A stretch of DNA of 64,000 nt, from positions 22,386 to 86,385 of the forward strand of contig CAZEBS010000007.1 of assembly GCA_964510635.1 (NCBI GenBank), in the 5' to 3' direction. Made by a program: the position numbers and the translations under genes. This stretch comes from an uncultured Candidatus Bathyarchaeia archaeon (lineage in GTDB: Archaea; Thermoproteota; Bathyarchaeia; Bathyarchaeales; Bathyarchaeaceae). Below are positions 27,220-36,829 of this stretch, one piece after another. The notes beneath the pieces were generated by a model, which was given only the letters and a program-made list of their open reading frames with translations, searched no databases and was not told the origin of the DNA. The number at the start of each line of letters is the position of its first letter. Positions within the stretch are counted from its first letter, which is position 1.

Positions 27220-27960
27220 ATGGCTATGCAGAAAACATCAAACATCGAATGGATCGACATCGGATTGGATGGCTTGGAGAAATTTATTCCCGGCATTCCA
27301 AAAGGCGACGCAATACTAGTGCGAGGTGAACCTGGCACAGGCAAAACGATCTGCTGTCTACAATTCCTCTACAGAGGAGCAAAACAAGGCGAGAAATGCC
27401 TGTACATTACCACGGAAGAAACCCCTGAAACAGTAATGCGCACTGGAGGAGAACTCTGGTCCGACTTTCCTAAACTGATAAGAAATGGAACAATAAAGGT
27501 CGTTAACCTTTCAATCACTGCAAGCTACGCCAGCGAATACTGTCTAGTAGACAAAACAGAAGCCATGGACATCGTTTTTAAAGGCTTGAGGGCACAACCC
27601 AATGCCTCAAGAATTGTAATCGACTCGTTATCTTCACTGTCTAGGCGGTTATCTGACTCTGAACAATTCCGCCAAGTCTTCATGAAAATACTGATGGAAA
27701 CCAAAGGCAGAGGAGCAACAACACTATTCAGCGCCGAAGGAATTCCCCCAACTCCTGGAATCACCGAATACCTTGTAGACCACTTGATATACCTTGACTA
27801 CCGAAAACACGACGTGGTCTGGACACGCGTTTTCCTTCTACGGAAGGCACGAAGCGTACCCATGAAACCTCAAGTATTGAAACTGAACATCAAGGCAGGT
27901 GGACTCTCAGTAGAAGAGATACCCTTCTCGCTGAAGCCTGTTTGGTTCGGCAGTGAATAG
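27220..27960 (+). CDS. KaiC/RecA-superfamily ATPase, single-domain (paralogue 2)
   Basis: Collinear with paralogue 1 and highly similar by eye over the full length (IEWIDIG..GL..FIPG.PKGDAIL.RGEPGTGKTICCLQFL...EYLVDHLIYLDYRK). Ends 11 nt before amt. Confidence 0.8.
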   Translation: MAMQKTSNIEWIDIGLDGLEKFIPGIPKGDAILVRGEPGTGKTICCLQFLYRGAKQGEKCLYITTEETPETVMRTGGELWSDFPKLIRNGTIKVVNLSITASYASEYCLVDKTEAMDIVFKGLRAQPNASRIVIDSLSSLSRRLSDSEQFRQVFMKILMETKGRGATTLFSAEGIPPTPGITEYLVDHLIYLDYRKHDVVWTRVFLLRKARSVPMKPQVLKLNIKAGGLSVEEIPFSLKPVWFGSE

Positions 27961-27971
27961 AAAGGTGATTA

Positions 27972-29294
27972 ATGATGACATTAGATCCAGCAACTGAAGC
28001 ATGGGCAGCGTTCCAGCAGAACTTCTTCGTAGGATGGGCACCCGTAGCCATCTTCATCATGGCAACTGCAGGTTTCGCCCTGTTCTATGCAGGAATGGTC
28101 CGCAAAAAGAACGTTACCCACACGATACTTCAAATCAACGTAGGATGGACACTAGCCTTTGTGGTCTACTTCCTCATCGGCTTCCCACTCGCATACTATG
28201 TATCGGCTCCAGTACTCGGGTTACCACAGTTCGTTCCCACAATAGCTAACCCACTGCCGCCATTGCTGTCTGAAACAGGCGCTTATGGCATAGCCGCAAG
28301 CCCCTCTGGCCTCGGTGACCTGGCAACATGGTTCAAAATGGCAATGTTCGCTATCACAGTCGTTGGCATCGTTCCCGGAGGCATGGCAGAACGTGACAAG
28401 TTCTGGGGCTGGATCCTAGCAACAATAGGTATCGCAGGTTTCATCTATCCCGTGGTTGAACACTGGGTTTGGGGTGGAGGCTGGCTATCTGAACTTGGTT
28501 TCATAGATTACGCAGGTTCAGGTGTAGTCCACCTTGTTGGAGGAACACTTGCACTAACTGGAGCGTATGTCATTGGTCCAAGGATCGGAAAGTTCGTCGG
28601 TGATAAAAAATTACCAAGAACATTCTTCGGACACAGTATTCCGCTATCTGTAATCGGTGCATGGCTACTGGCCTTCGGATGGTTCGGCTTCAACGTCGGC
28701 TCAAGCGTAGCCGGAGATGCAATGACAATCAACGTAGAACTCGCATGGGTCTCACTAACCACAGCAATGTGCATGGCTGGAGGCATGTTCGGTGCAGCAA
28801 TTACCTCAAGGGGTCACGTGCTAACAAGCATGGTTGGCTTGCTTGCAGGCGCTGTCGCAATATGTTCCGGAGCCGCAATCGTTCATCCACTAGCAGGCTT
28901 CGTAATCGGCATAATCGCGGGAGTAATCACAACCTTCACCATCGGATTAATGGAACACAAGCTGCACATCGACGACGCCTTGGGATGTTTCCCAGTTCAC
29001 GCAGCATGTGGAATCTGGGGACTACTCGCAACAGGAATCTTCGGTTACGCAGCTCTTGGAGCACATCCAATCTATGGATTCGCCGACATAGGAACATGGG
29101 TCAGCCAAATCGGAATTCAGGCAATCGGTGCAGTATCAATACTCGCCTGGGCGGGTGCAATGGGACTGATAATGTTCAGTGTGTTGAAGAAGCTTAACCT
29201 GCTAAGGGCTACAAGAGACCAAGAACTATACGGACTGGACATCGCAATACACAAGACGCTAGCATACCCCGAAGACATGATGGAAGACAAATAA
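27972..29294 (+). CDS. amt: Ammonium transporter
   Basis: 440 aa, ~11 TM. Carries AGFALFYAGMVRKKN, DYAGSGVVHLVGG, and the twin-His region FPVHAACGIWG typical of Amt/MEP. Confidence 0.9.
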   Translation: MMTLDPATEAWAAFQQNFFVGWAPVAIFIMATAGFALFYAGMVRKKNVTHTILQINVGWTLAFVVYFLIGFPLAYYVSAPVLGLPQFVPTIANPLPPLLSETGAYGIAASPSGLGDLATWFKMAMFAITVVGIVPGGMAERDKFWGWILATIGIAGFIYPVVEHWVWGGGWLSELGFIDYAGSGVVHLVGGTLALTGAYVIGPRIGKFVGDKKLPRTFFGHSIPLSVIGAWLLAFGWFGFNVGSSVAGDAMTINVELAWVSLTTAMCMAGGMFGAAITSRGHVLTSMVGLLAGAVAICSGAAIVHPLAGFVIGIIAGVITTFTIGLMEHKLHIDDALGCFPVHAACGIWGLLATGIFGYAALGAHPIYGFADIGTWVSQIGIQAIGAVSILAWAGAMGLIMFSVLKKLNLLRATRDQELYGLDIAIHKTLAYPEDMMEDK

Positions 29295-29302
29295 ACTCCA
29301 TA

Positions 29303-29338
29303 GCGCCATAACGGCGCAACCCTTTTTCTTCTTTTTTC
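29303..29338 (+). terminator. Hairpin plus T-run terminator after amt
   Basis: GCGCC-ataac-GGCGC (29303-29317), then aacccTTTTTcTTcTTTTTT. Confidence 0.5.
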
Positions 29339-29425
29339 CAAAATTTCTTCTCGAAGACATCTTTCCGAAGCTCTTAAATATCCTTTTAATGATGCTAAAC
29401 TTCAATCTGGTGAGTTGATAATCCT

Positions 29426-32167
29426 TTGGTCTCTCAATCAGCTAGAAGTAAACTAAAAATTGCCTTTTTTGTTAACATAATAATTGTTGCTGTCGCAATT
29501 CCTAGCTACTTCTATGCTGGGTCACAAATTCCCGACCCCGCCCACTTCCAAGTGACCAATTTGGTCCTTGATTCTGATTTGATTCAAGTTGGGGAATCGG
29601 TGCAAGTGTCTGTTAACGTAACTAATCTTGGAGACCAGACGGGTAATCATTCTATAACTCTAACTATTGATGGTGAGCCAATAACAACTAAAACGGTTCA
29701 GCTTTCAGGGTCAGAAAGCGTAGCAGTGGATTTCACTGCGACAATACTGACTGAAGGCAATCACACTGTTCAGGTGGGAGATTTAATCGACTCGGTCAAA
29801 GCTACGTTGGATGCACCATCCAGACCAGCTGAAATGCGAGTAACTGATTTGGGAGTCAGCCGAGCCGTTGCTGAGGCTGGAGAAACCATAGTTGTTTCGG
29901 CTACGGTAACCAACATTGGAGATGAGAGCGGCAGTTTTGATTTGGACCTTTTTGTTAATGACGAAAAACGGGACACCCAAAGCATTCAACTCGAGAGTAA
30001 AGAGACCACAACCATACAATTCGAAGTCACTGAAGACGCTGAAGGAACTTACGTGGTTAAGGTGGGCGATTTAACTAAATCCTTCGAAATCAGTTCTAAT
30101 GCCCAGCCTGCTAAACCAGCCGAGTTCCAAGTAACCGACTTAACAATTAATCCTTCCTCAGTAATGTCTGGTGAAAGTGTGGCAATCTCGGTTAAGGTAA
30201 CTAATGTTGGAGAGGAATCTGGAACCTATATTGTGAACCTCGAAATTGACGGCACAGCAGCAGACACAAGAGAAGTCACATTGGCTGGCGGCTCAACCAA
30301 GATTGCAGAATTTAGTGTAACTGAAACAACCGCCGGCACCCACACTGTTGAAGTCGGCGGTCAATCAGGAACTTTCACTGTTGAAGCCCCAGTTGTTGCA
30401 TCAGACAAAATCGACTTGCTGAGGATTTTTGTGAACCCCTATGAAGTGACGGAGGGGGATACAGTAATCATCATAGTAAAAGCCAACAACATGGCAAACG
30501 AGGAGGCCGTCCTTGGTGCAAGGCTTCTTGTCGCTGGCGAAGTTGCAGACACAAAGACTGCTACCTTGCCTCCAGGTGAATCTGAAGAAGCCCTTGAATT
30601 CACTTGCACAGCGGGTCCAGCAAACGCTGAAACAGTAAAAGGTTACTCCGTCGAGGTGATAAACCTCGGTAATCAAAGCGACAAATTGAAAGGTTATTTC
30701 ACAGTTGTCCCTGACGGTTTCCACACTTTTTCATTCTCTACAAATGCTATTGGTTTGGAATTCACTATTAACGGCGTGACTGAGCCTGTGCCATATAGTA
30801 AACTCTTGCCAGAGGGAACCTACACCATAACCATACCTGATGGCATTGAAGGCGGAGGCACCTTCTGGAACTTCACCAACTGGAATGATGGACCAACAGA
30901 CCTCACTAGAACCATAATCTTAGACCGTCGGATTTCTCTTATCGCCAATTTCATGAACTGCAAATCTTGTCCTTCATTATATGTTTGGAATGGAGCCGAA
31001 TATGTATACACCGCCGAAATCTCCGACGGCACAGGATACTTAGGAATTTTTGACTACTTCCGCGAAGACGGAAGTCTGTCCTTCCTTTATAGTGTTCCAT
31101 GGGACTACGTCAAGTTAGATGCGAGCGCACTCCAACTGAATGATGGATACTATGACATGACTATCAGACAAAACTGGGATGAAATCGCCTATGTGGATTC
31201 TGCATCATTAGTGATTGTGGAGCACTCGCCTGATGTGGATGTGTATTCAACTAAAGCCACATACCTGTATGAGCCTGAAGGACAAGGAACAATCTATACT
31301 GTCAGCAAAAATCCTGATTCCCCCGTCTCCTGCGTCAACGGGACAGGACATGATGTTCTGCCTTTAGTCTTAGAACGTGACGGAATCACCACCCTAGGCA
31401 ACGAATTCACATGGGACACCCTAGAGCTAAACTTAGGCGACCTCTCTGACGCAGAAGAAATCAAGCTCGTAGTCGCTGGAACAATAATCTACTCTACAGG
31501 TGAAGAACAGGGCGCATGGGCTGGACAGTTCTGGGACAAACCTGGTGAGCAGCCGTTTCCGCCTCCCTACATGGAAGTTAAGGACGCTGAAGGCAACTGG
31601 GTTCCAGTTCCAGATAACAGGCAATTCCCGTTGCTGGATGTTACGCCAGAATGCTTCGTTGTGAACTTGACTGGAGTCTTCCCGACGGATGATTACTCCC
31701 TCAGGATACATACTTTCTTCAACACCAGATTCGATTACATAGGAGTGGACACAACATCCCAGCAGGATGTAACGATCCGAGAGGTGACAGTTTCCTCTGC
31801 AACTTTGTCCCAAGCTTTCGTAGCCGAGTCCACATCAACAGGCAATTTCACCCGATACGGGGACGTAACCGAGCTAATGGGCGCTCCAGACGACATGTTT
31901 GTGATAATGCGTCAAGGCGACGAAATACGGGTCATGTTCTCCGCTGATGTGGATGCTGTTCCAGAAGGCATGGAACGCGACTTCTTCTTGTTTGCCAGTG
32001 TCTGGTTCAAAGTTGATGGGCTTCCCTATGTGCCCTTCACTGTAGACCCGTTGCCCTTCCATGACATGACCTGCTTCCCATACCCGCAAACAGAAGGCTA
32101 CCCCTACGATGCAGCCCATCTAACCTATCTCGCAGAATACAACACTAGAATAGTAACTGCCCCATAA
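29426..32167 (+). CDS. Large N-terminally anchored cell-surface protein with CARDB-type repeats
   Basis: 913 aa with an N-terminal TM (IAFFVNIIIVAVAIPSYF). Three clear and one degenerate ~98-aa repeats of the type FQVT(N/D)L...G(E)SV..SV.VTN.G..(S/T)G.......(I)DG........V.L..G.S.....F.VT....G.H.V.VG, roughly 29546-30640. The C-terminal ~450 aa are of unknown function. TTG start. Confidence 0.65.
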   Translation: MVSQSARSKLKIAFFVNIIIVAVAIPSYFYAGSQIPDPAHFQVTNLVLDSDLIQVGESVQVSVNVTNLGDQTGNHSITLTIDGEPITTKTVQLSGSESVAVDFTATILTEGNHTVQVGDLIDSVKATLDAPSRPAEMRVTDLGVSRAVAEAGETIVVSATVTNIGDESGSFDLDLFVNDEKRDTQSIQLESKETTTIQFEVTEDAEGTYVVKVGDLTKSFEISSNAQPAKPAEFQVTDLTINPSSVMSGESVAISVKVTNVGEESGTYIVNLEIDGTAADTREVTLAGGSTKIAEFSVTETTAGTHTVEVGGQSGTFTVEAPVVASDKIDLLRIFVNPYEVTEGDTVIIIVKANNMANEEAVLGARLLVAGEVADTKTATLPPGESEEALEFTCTAGPANAETVKGYSVEVINLGNQSDKLKGYFTVVPDGFHTFSFSTNAIGLEFTINGVTEPVPYSKLLPEGTYTITIPDGIEGGGTFWNFTNWNDGPTDLTRTIILDRRISLIANFMNCKSCPSLYVWNGAEYVYTAEISDGTGYLGIFDYFREDGSLSFLYSVPWDYVKLDASALQLNDGYYDMTIRQNWDEIAYVDSASLVIVEHSPDVDVYSTKATYLYEPEGQGTIYTVSKNPDSPVSCVNGTGHDVLPLVLERDGITTLGNEFTWDTLELNLGDLSDAEEIKLVVAGTIIYSTGEEQGAWAGQFWDKPGEQPFPPPYMEVKDAEGNWVPVPDNRQFPLLDVTPECFVVNLTGVFPTDDYSLRIHTFFNTRFDYIGVDTTSQQDVTIREVTVSSATLSQAFVAESTSTGNFTRYGDVTELMGAPDDMFVIMRQGDEIRVMFSADVDAVPEGMERDFFLFASVWFKVDGLPYVPFTVDPLPFHDMTCFPYPQTEGYPYDAAHLTYLAEYNTRIVTAP

Positions 32168-32202
32168 ACTATGGAGTCTGATTAGCGAGGAGGAAAAATG
32201 GA

Positions 32203-33207
32203 ATGTGGGAGCTAATAACTCAAATACTCCTGGCAATAATCGCTGGAGGGCTGGTTTCGGCGGGAATACTGGCGATACTGATTTGGGTAAGAAACCTGAC
32301 CCGAAAAATGAGCATTCTTCGCCTCTTCGTTCAGATAGTAGCTACCGTCGCAATTTTTGTGATACTACTTTTCTGGCCTCTTCCATGGAACCCCATACTT
32401 TCGGGTCTCGTTTTCTCCATAGCATTACGGCTAACAGCCGTCTTTATCCTGATTATCGTCAGTACTCTTATTATTGGGCGCTTCTTCTGCGGATGGCTTT
32501 GCCCCTATGCCTTGTATATGGACCTCCTAACTCGCCTCAGAAAGGCGCTACGTATACCGTACCTGAATCTTCCTGAAAAACTCAACAATTACCTCAATAT
32601 CTTCAGGTACCTGCTTTTGGCTGCCATGCTAGTTATGGCCCTTGTTTTAGGTCCCTTAAACCCCGACTTGTGGCGTTTCATTATAATGTTTATGGGTCCC
32701 TTCAAGTCTCTAATCATCGTTTTCCTGAGTCCCGTGGAACCCTACGTTACCCAAGTAGGCGACGCATTAGGATTCCCTGTTTGGGGCACCAGCTTTCATG
32801 ACCTCAGCGGAACAATACACTACTTTAACGGCGACCAGCTCATTCTCATCACATGGATTGTCTTCTTTGTATTCACGGCAGGCGCCTTCATGGTGAGGCT
32901 GCTTTGGTGCCGATTCTGTCCAGTAGGCGTGACCCTTTCCATCCTGAACAGGCTTAAGCTCTTCAAGTGGGCGCCCCTCCTTCGCATAAACAAGGTGGAA
33001 GAAAAGTGCACAAAATGTGGAATCTGCAAAAGAGTATGCCCAACCCAAGTCACGGAGGTATATGACGAAAAGGGCGGAAACATCGCTTCCTCAAAGTGCA
33101 TGCTCTGTATCAGATGCGTAGAAATGTGCCCATACGAAGACTGCCTAAAGCTAGACTTTGCGGGCAAAACAATCTACAAATCTAAAAACTGGCTAGAACC
33201 AGAATAA
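32203..33207 (+). CDS. Membrane-bound 4Fe-4S protein (NapH/MauN-like polyferredoxin)
   Basis: Several TM segments, FFCGWLCPY and WCRFCPVG motifs, and a C-terminal CTKCGICKRVCP / CMLCIRCVEMCP. Confidence 0.65.
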   Translation: MWELITQILLAIIAGGLVSAGILAILIWVRNLTRKMSILRLFVQIVATVAIFVILLFWPLPWNPILSGLVFSIALRLTAVFILIIVSTLIIGRFFCGWLCPYALYMDLLTRLRKALRIPYLNLPEKLNNYLNIFRYLLLAAMLVMALVLGPLNPDLWRFIIMFMGPFKSLIIVFLSPVEPYVTQVGDALGFPVWGTSFHDLSGTIHYFNGDQLILITWIVFFVFTAGAFMVRLLWCRFCPVGVTLSILNRLKLFKWAPLLRINKVEEKCTKCGICKRVCPTQVTEVYDEKGGNIASSKCMLCIRCVEMCPYEDCLKLDFAGKTIYKSKNWLEPE

Positions 33208-33212
33208 GCCAA

Positions 33213-33536
33213 TCAGCTGGTCCTTGTCTTTTCGGATAACGCCTTCAACGTTCCAGAGACACCCAACACATGAATGGCTCCAGCCTTTCCATCTATTACA
33301 GTGGTTGAAGCGATAGCAGCTCTAACCTGCTCAAGGGCTTTGTGGGAACAGCAGACAACAATTTGTTCCCTCTCTGGAGGTTTTTTTATCAGTTTCAGGT
33401 TTGCTTTGCTGGCGCCGTATTCGCCGAAGAGTCTGTGAAGTGATGCTTGAACCGCATCCAACACTGCTTGCTCATTAGGGGGCTGTTCGCCTGCAACTGT
33501 TAGCGCCAAGTAGCGTCTTTTTTCTCGTTTAAGCAC
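33213..33536 (-). CDS. rnp2: RNase P protein component 2 (Pop5 homologue)
   Basis: 107 aa. EKRRYLALTV start, with size and position directly downstream of the Rpp30 homologue. Confidence 0.65.
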   Translation of the reverse strand: MLKREKRRYLALTVAGEQPPNEQAVLDAVQASLHRLFGEYGASKANLKLIKKPPEREQIVVCCSHKALEQVRAAIASTTVIDGKAGAIHVLGVSGTLKALSEKTRTS

Positions 33537-34284
33537 CTGCTCTCCTTCCTACAACGTGTATTCCCGGAGCCACATAATCTGCACTCAACTTCTTTCTGTT
33601 TCGTTGAACTATGCTCCATGGATTGTCTGACAATGTTCCTAAAGCGGATGATGATTGCATATCAAAGAGGGTTGTCAAGGCGGCGTAGTCTTGGGGTCCT
33701 CGCATGAGGAGTTCGTCTGTGGCGCCGCTGGAAACTGTGATTGGCACCTTGAACCGTGTTGCCGTTGCCACTTCCTTTCTTAGGCAGGATAGGAGGCGGA
33801 CTCGAGAATAACTTGTTAGCTGCAACATGGGCGCCAGTTCGATTTCAAGGGATGCAAGAGCTTGTGATGCTAGTTCTGCTTCTGCTTCATCAAAGAATCT
33901 TTTGCGGAGGCTTGTGACCGAAAACTGGAGCAAATCCACGCGTCTGTCCTTGGCTGCCTGCCTAGCCACCTCTTTTGTGTCACATCTTACGGCTATGACC
34001 TCAAATTTTCTTCGGTAACGGCGCAGACTCTGGAGAAGCTCGTTAGAGTTTCTGGGAGCAAAAGTCACTCTTGTGGCAAAGTCCAGTTTTGCTTCGCTGC
34101 AGATGCTTCTGAGCTGGATGACCTGTTCTTTGGATGCGTTAGACGGGAGAGGTATGGCGACTAGACTGTAGCCTAGCTCCGAGGCTTTCCTGACCATACT
34201 CTCTGTTTTTTTCATGTCTTCAGTTGGCGCCCTGAGATTCAGATCAGCGAACCGTTTCATGCTATCATCCCAATTTCTTTGCAA
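33529..34284 (-). CDS. rnp3: RNase P protein component 3 (Rpp30 homologue)
   Basis: 251 aa. FADLNLRAP start and TIM-barrel-like pattern. Conserved neighbourhood with Pop5 and L15e. Confidence 0.65.
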   Translation of the reverse strand: MQRNWDDSMKRFADLNLRAPTEDMKKTESMVRKASELGYSLVAIPLPSNASKEQVIQLRSICSEAKLDFATRVTFAPRNSNELLQSLRRYRRKFEVIAVRCDTKEVARQAAKDRRVDLLQFSVTSLRKRFFDEAEAELASQALASLEIELAPMLQLTSYSRVRLLSCLRKEVATATRFKVPITVSSGATDELLMRGPQDYAALTTLFDMQSSSALGTLSDNPWSIVQRNRKKLSADYVAPGIHVVGRRAGA

Positions 34285-34700
34285 GCATCGATTACGTCTT
34301 CGGTTTTGGATTTCCTGAATCTTATGCGTATGCGGATAGGGTCTGATGTGACCAGTTTGGTTTTGCCTTTGAAGGCAGCCTGCTTGTCAAGTCTGATGTA
34401 TAGGCTGCCCTTCTCAACGCAACGATGTATTGTTCTGTCCAGTTCATCCTTATCCAAGACACTGAGGTTGGCTGCAAGTTGCTCGACTAACGCTTTGACT
34501 GTTTTCTTGTCTTTGATTCTGGTTTCGAAAAAGGTTATGGGGTTGCCGTAATGCCCCTCTAAACTGCTTCGGTTAAATGTTATCTCTTCAAGATACTCGT
34601 TTGGAAGAATGTTCTGAACTGCCTCCATGACCTTGTCCAAGTCTTCGGTGGCGTGGGCACAGAAACGAACATCAACATAGGCTATGGGCAGCTGAGACAA
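34257..34700 (-). CDS. Predicted RNA-binding protein (COG1325-like, 'predicted exosome subunit')
   Basis: 147 aa. IAYVDVRFCAHATEDLDKVMEAV start. Conserved archaeal neighbourhood between L15e and the RNase P subunits. Confidence 0.5.
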   Translation of the reverse strand: MSQLPIAYVDVRFCAHATEDLDKVMEAVQNILPNEYLEEITFNRSSLEGHYGNPITFFETRIKDKKTVKALVEQLAANLSVLDKDELDRTIHRCVEKGSLYIRLDKQAAFKGKTKLVTSDPIRIRIRFRKSKTEDVIDACKEIGMIA

Positions 34701-34820
34701 AACCTACCTCACACTCTTTCTGAACTCTATTACACACAACTTGATATAAATATGTCAAGTGCCCCGCAGCGCAAGAACATCCAAAAAGGGATTTATTGTG
34801 GGTTCTTTGATGAACTACGT

Positions 34821-35384
34821 CTATTGCTTATTTCTTCGTTTCACAACTGCGTTGCGGCTTGGTCGGAATTTCTCTGCTCCTAATCCTCTGTTGTGGAGTC
34901 CCCGCACTTCTCTGCCTGCGCTAGTTATACCACGGAATGCTCGTCCTGTCTGGTTTGCTATGGGGTGGTCAGGCAGAATCGCTGGGTCAACCATGATAAC
35001 TTCGTACCATTTGAAGCGTCCATCCTCCCAAACCCAGTACGAGTTTAGAACTTCTAGGTTCGGGAACTTTCTGGCTGTTCGCTCCTCTGCGATTAGTCTC
35101 ATGTTTTTGGAAAGTTTGATTTTGTTGACTCCCAACCTTTTCTGTCTGCGTCCGCCGGTTGGTCTTGTTTTTCTGAAGCCTGAACGTCTGACTCGCACCC
35201 GAGCCAAAACAATGCCCTGCTTAGCCTTGTAGCCGAGGTTTCTTGCTCTGTCCAGTCGGGTTGGTCTTTCGATTCTTACAATAGAGTCTTGTTTGCGCCA
35301 AGTTATGGCTCTTTGCCACATTAGCTCCTTGACAAACGATTCATTCGGCTTTTTCCAAGCCTTTGCAATATACTTGTATGCCAT
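34821..35384 (-). CDS. rpl15e: 50S ribosomal protein L15e
   Basis: [13 protein letters not shown]...[30 protein letters not shown]...[10 protein letters not shown] is a clear L15e sequence. Confidence 0.9.
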   Translation of the reverse strand: MAYKYIAKAWKKPNESFVKELMWQRAITWRKQDSIVRIERPTRLDRARNLGYKAKQGIVLARVRVRRSGFRKTRPTGGRRQKRLGVNKIKLSKNMRLIAEERTARKFPNLEVLNSYWVWEDGRFKWYEVIMVDPAILPDHPIANQTGRAFRGITSAGREVRGLHNRGLGAEKFRPSRNAVVKRRNKQ

Positions 35385-35500
35385 TCTTCATTCCTCGTAT
35401 TCGTTCGGTTCAACCCTTGTTAGGGTCACATCCCATAGGAACTTGTAGCAAAGAAACAAAGAATGGTTAATAAACCTTTTCAGCCTCTTGACTGTGTTTG

Positions 35501-35989
35501 TTAGATTGAGCTTATCTCTGTTCGGGAGCCGTTTTCGAGATATTCAGAATCAACGGTCTTCACTTTACATTTTTGTATATCTTGGAATAGTGCCATGGCA
35601 ATCAAAGCAAAGGGGCATATCAACTCTTTTGGTTTCAACCTTTTGTGTATGTGCGGAGCCCAAATGCAACCGTTGACATGCAGAACATACTTTTTTGGTG
35701 CAATCTTCTCAAATCGAAACTCTTCGACTATTCCAGAGTTTAAGAAAGCTTTTGACAAAATCCCAAAGATTTCCTGGAGGTCGTTTCCTTCGGTTAAATT
35801 CTTTCTCGCCTCTTTGTTGATTCTGTTGATGATATCTAGAGTTGGATGAAGGAAAACTGCAGACCCCGAACCTAAAATTTCTCTCATAGATTTCTGGTAT
35901 GCAAACAGAATTTCATGCATGAACATCGCGATTTTCTCGCCCCTGATTGCAAACAATTCACCTTCAGAAGCGGGATTATTCTCACTCAT
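35501..35989 (-). CDS. Hypothetical protein, possibly V4R (hydrocarbon-binding-like) domain
   Basis: 162 aa. The weak pattern GCIWAPH...ICPFALIAMALF is reminiscent of V4R domains. Assignment is tentative. Confidence 0.35.
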   Translation of the reverse strand: MSENNPASEGELFAIRGEKIAMFMHEILFAYQKSMREILGSGSAVFLHPTLDIINRINKEARKNLTEGNDLQEIFGILSKAFLNSGIVEEFRFEKIAPKKYVLHVNGCIWAPHIHKRLKPKELICPFALIAMALFQDIQKCKVKTVDSEYLENGSRTEISSI

Positions 35990-36123
35990 TTTGCTTCAGG
36001 ATAAAATATTTCAATATTGTTGATAAGTTTTCTGAATTGTAAATACAATAAACGATATTCTGAATCAGAACAGAAACATGCTTGGTGAATAGTTATCATG
36101 GATATAATATGCGACTAGTGTCT

Positions 36124-36798
36124 TTAGTCTTTGTTTACAAGCCTTAGTTTTTTGATGATAAGAACTCCGCTGTTGTTTTCGTAGTTTTTTTCAGCCTCTA
36201 TTATTTCGAGGCGTTTTTTGAAGATTGGAGCATCCAAAACAAGTGACTCATATTCGCCGCCTTCGCCAACCAAACTGATCTGATATTTTTCATGTAGTTC
36301 CACAAGCTTCTCTAACGTTTCTGTGTTTATTTCTCGCCCCAACCATGTTTGGTCCAAACCGTAAGCATACACTCCGACCATTATTACCTTGAATTTGAGG
36401 CGGAGCAGCTCTTTCATTATTTCCAGCGGGTCTTGGTGCCAAAGGGGCGCAACAGACTTGAGTCCCAGTTCATTGCATAATTGATCGATTCGTTCCTTCT
36501 GGTACGAGGACAACACAGCCCCAGTTACGACGCCATCCACATCAAGGGACGCAAGCAACTTCTTGAGGTCTTCAAGTTCCTTCTCTTTTATTCCCGAGGT
36601 TTCAGCTTTCACCAACGGAATCTCAAGCGCCCGGGCTATGTGGTCTGTCAAGTGAATGTTGGGAAAATGGAACATGTAGCTGTCAGAGCGTTTAGGAATC
36701 ATGGTGCCTAAAACTTCGATGGTGTGTCCCATCTGTTGTGCTCGATAAAGAGCAAGAATCGAATCCTTTCCGCCAGTAACTAATGCTGCCAACCGCAA
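36124..36798 (-). CDS. Diphthine-ammonia ligase (Dph6 / MJ0570-family PP-loop ATPase)
   Basis: MRLAALVTGGKDSILAL carries the PP-loop SGGKDS variant. 224 aa. Confidence 0.7.
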   Translation of the reverse strand: MRLAALVTGGKDSILALYRAQQMGHTIEVLGTMIPKRSDSYMFHFPNIHLTDHIARALEIPLVKAETSGIKEKELEDLKKLLASLDVDGVVTGAVLSSYQKERIDQLCNELGLKSVAPLWHQDPLEIMKELLRLKFKVIMVGVYAYGLDQTWLGREINTETLEKLVELHEKYQISLVGEGGEYESLVLDAPIFKKRLEIIEAEKNYENNSGVLIIKKLRLVNKD

Positions 36799-36829
36799 CT
36801 TCTACGCACTCGACTGCCCATTTTTCGGC

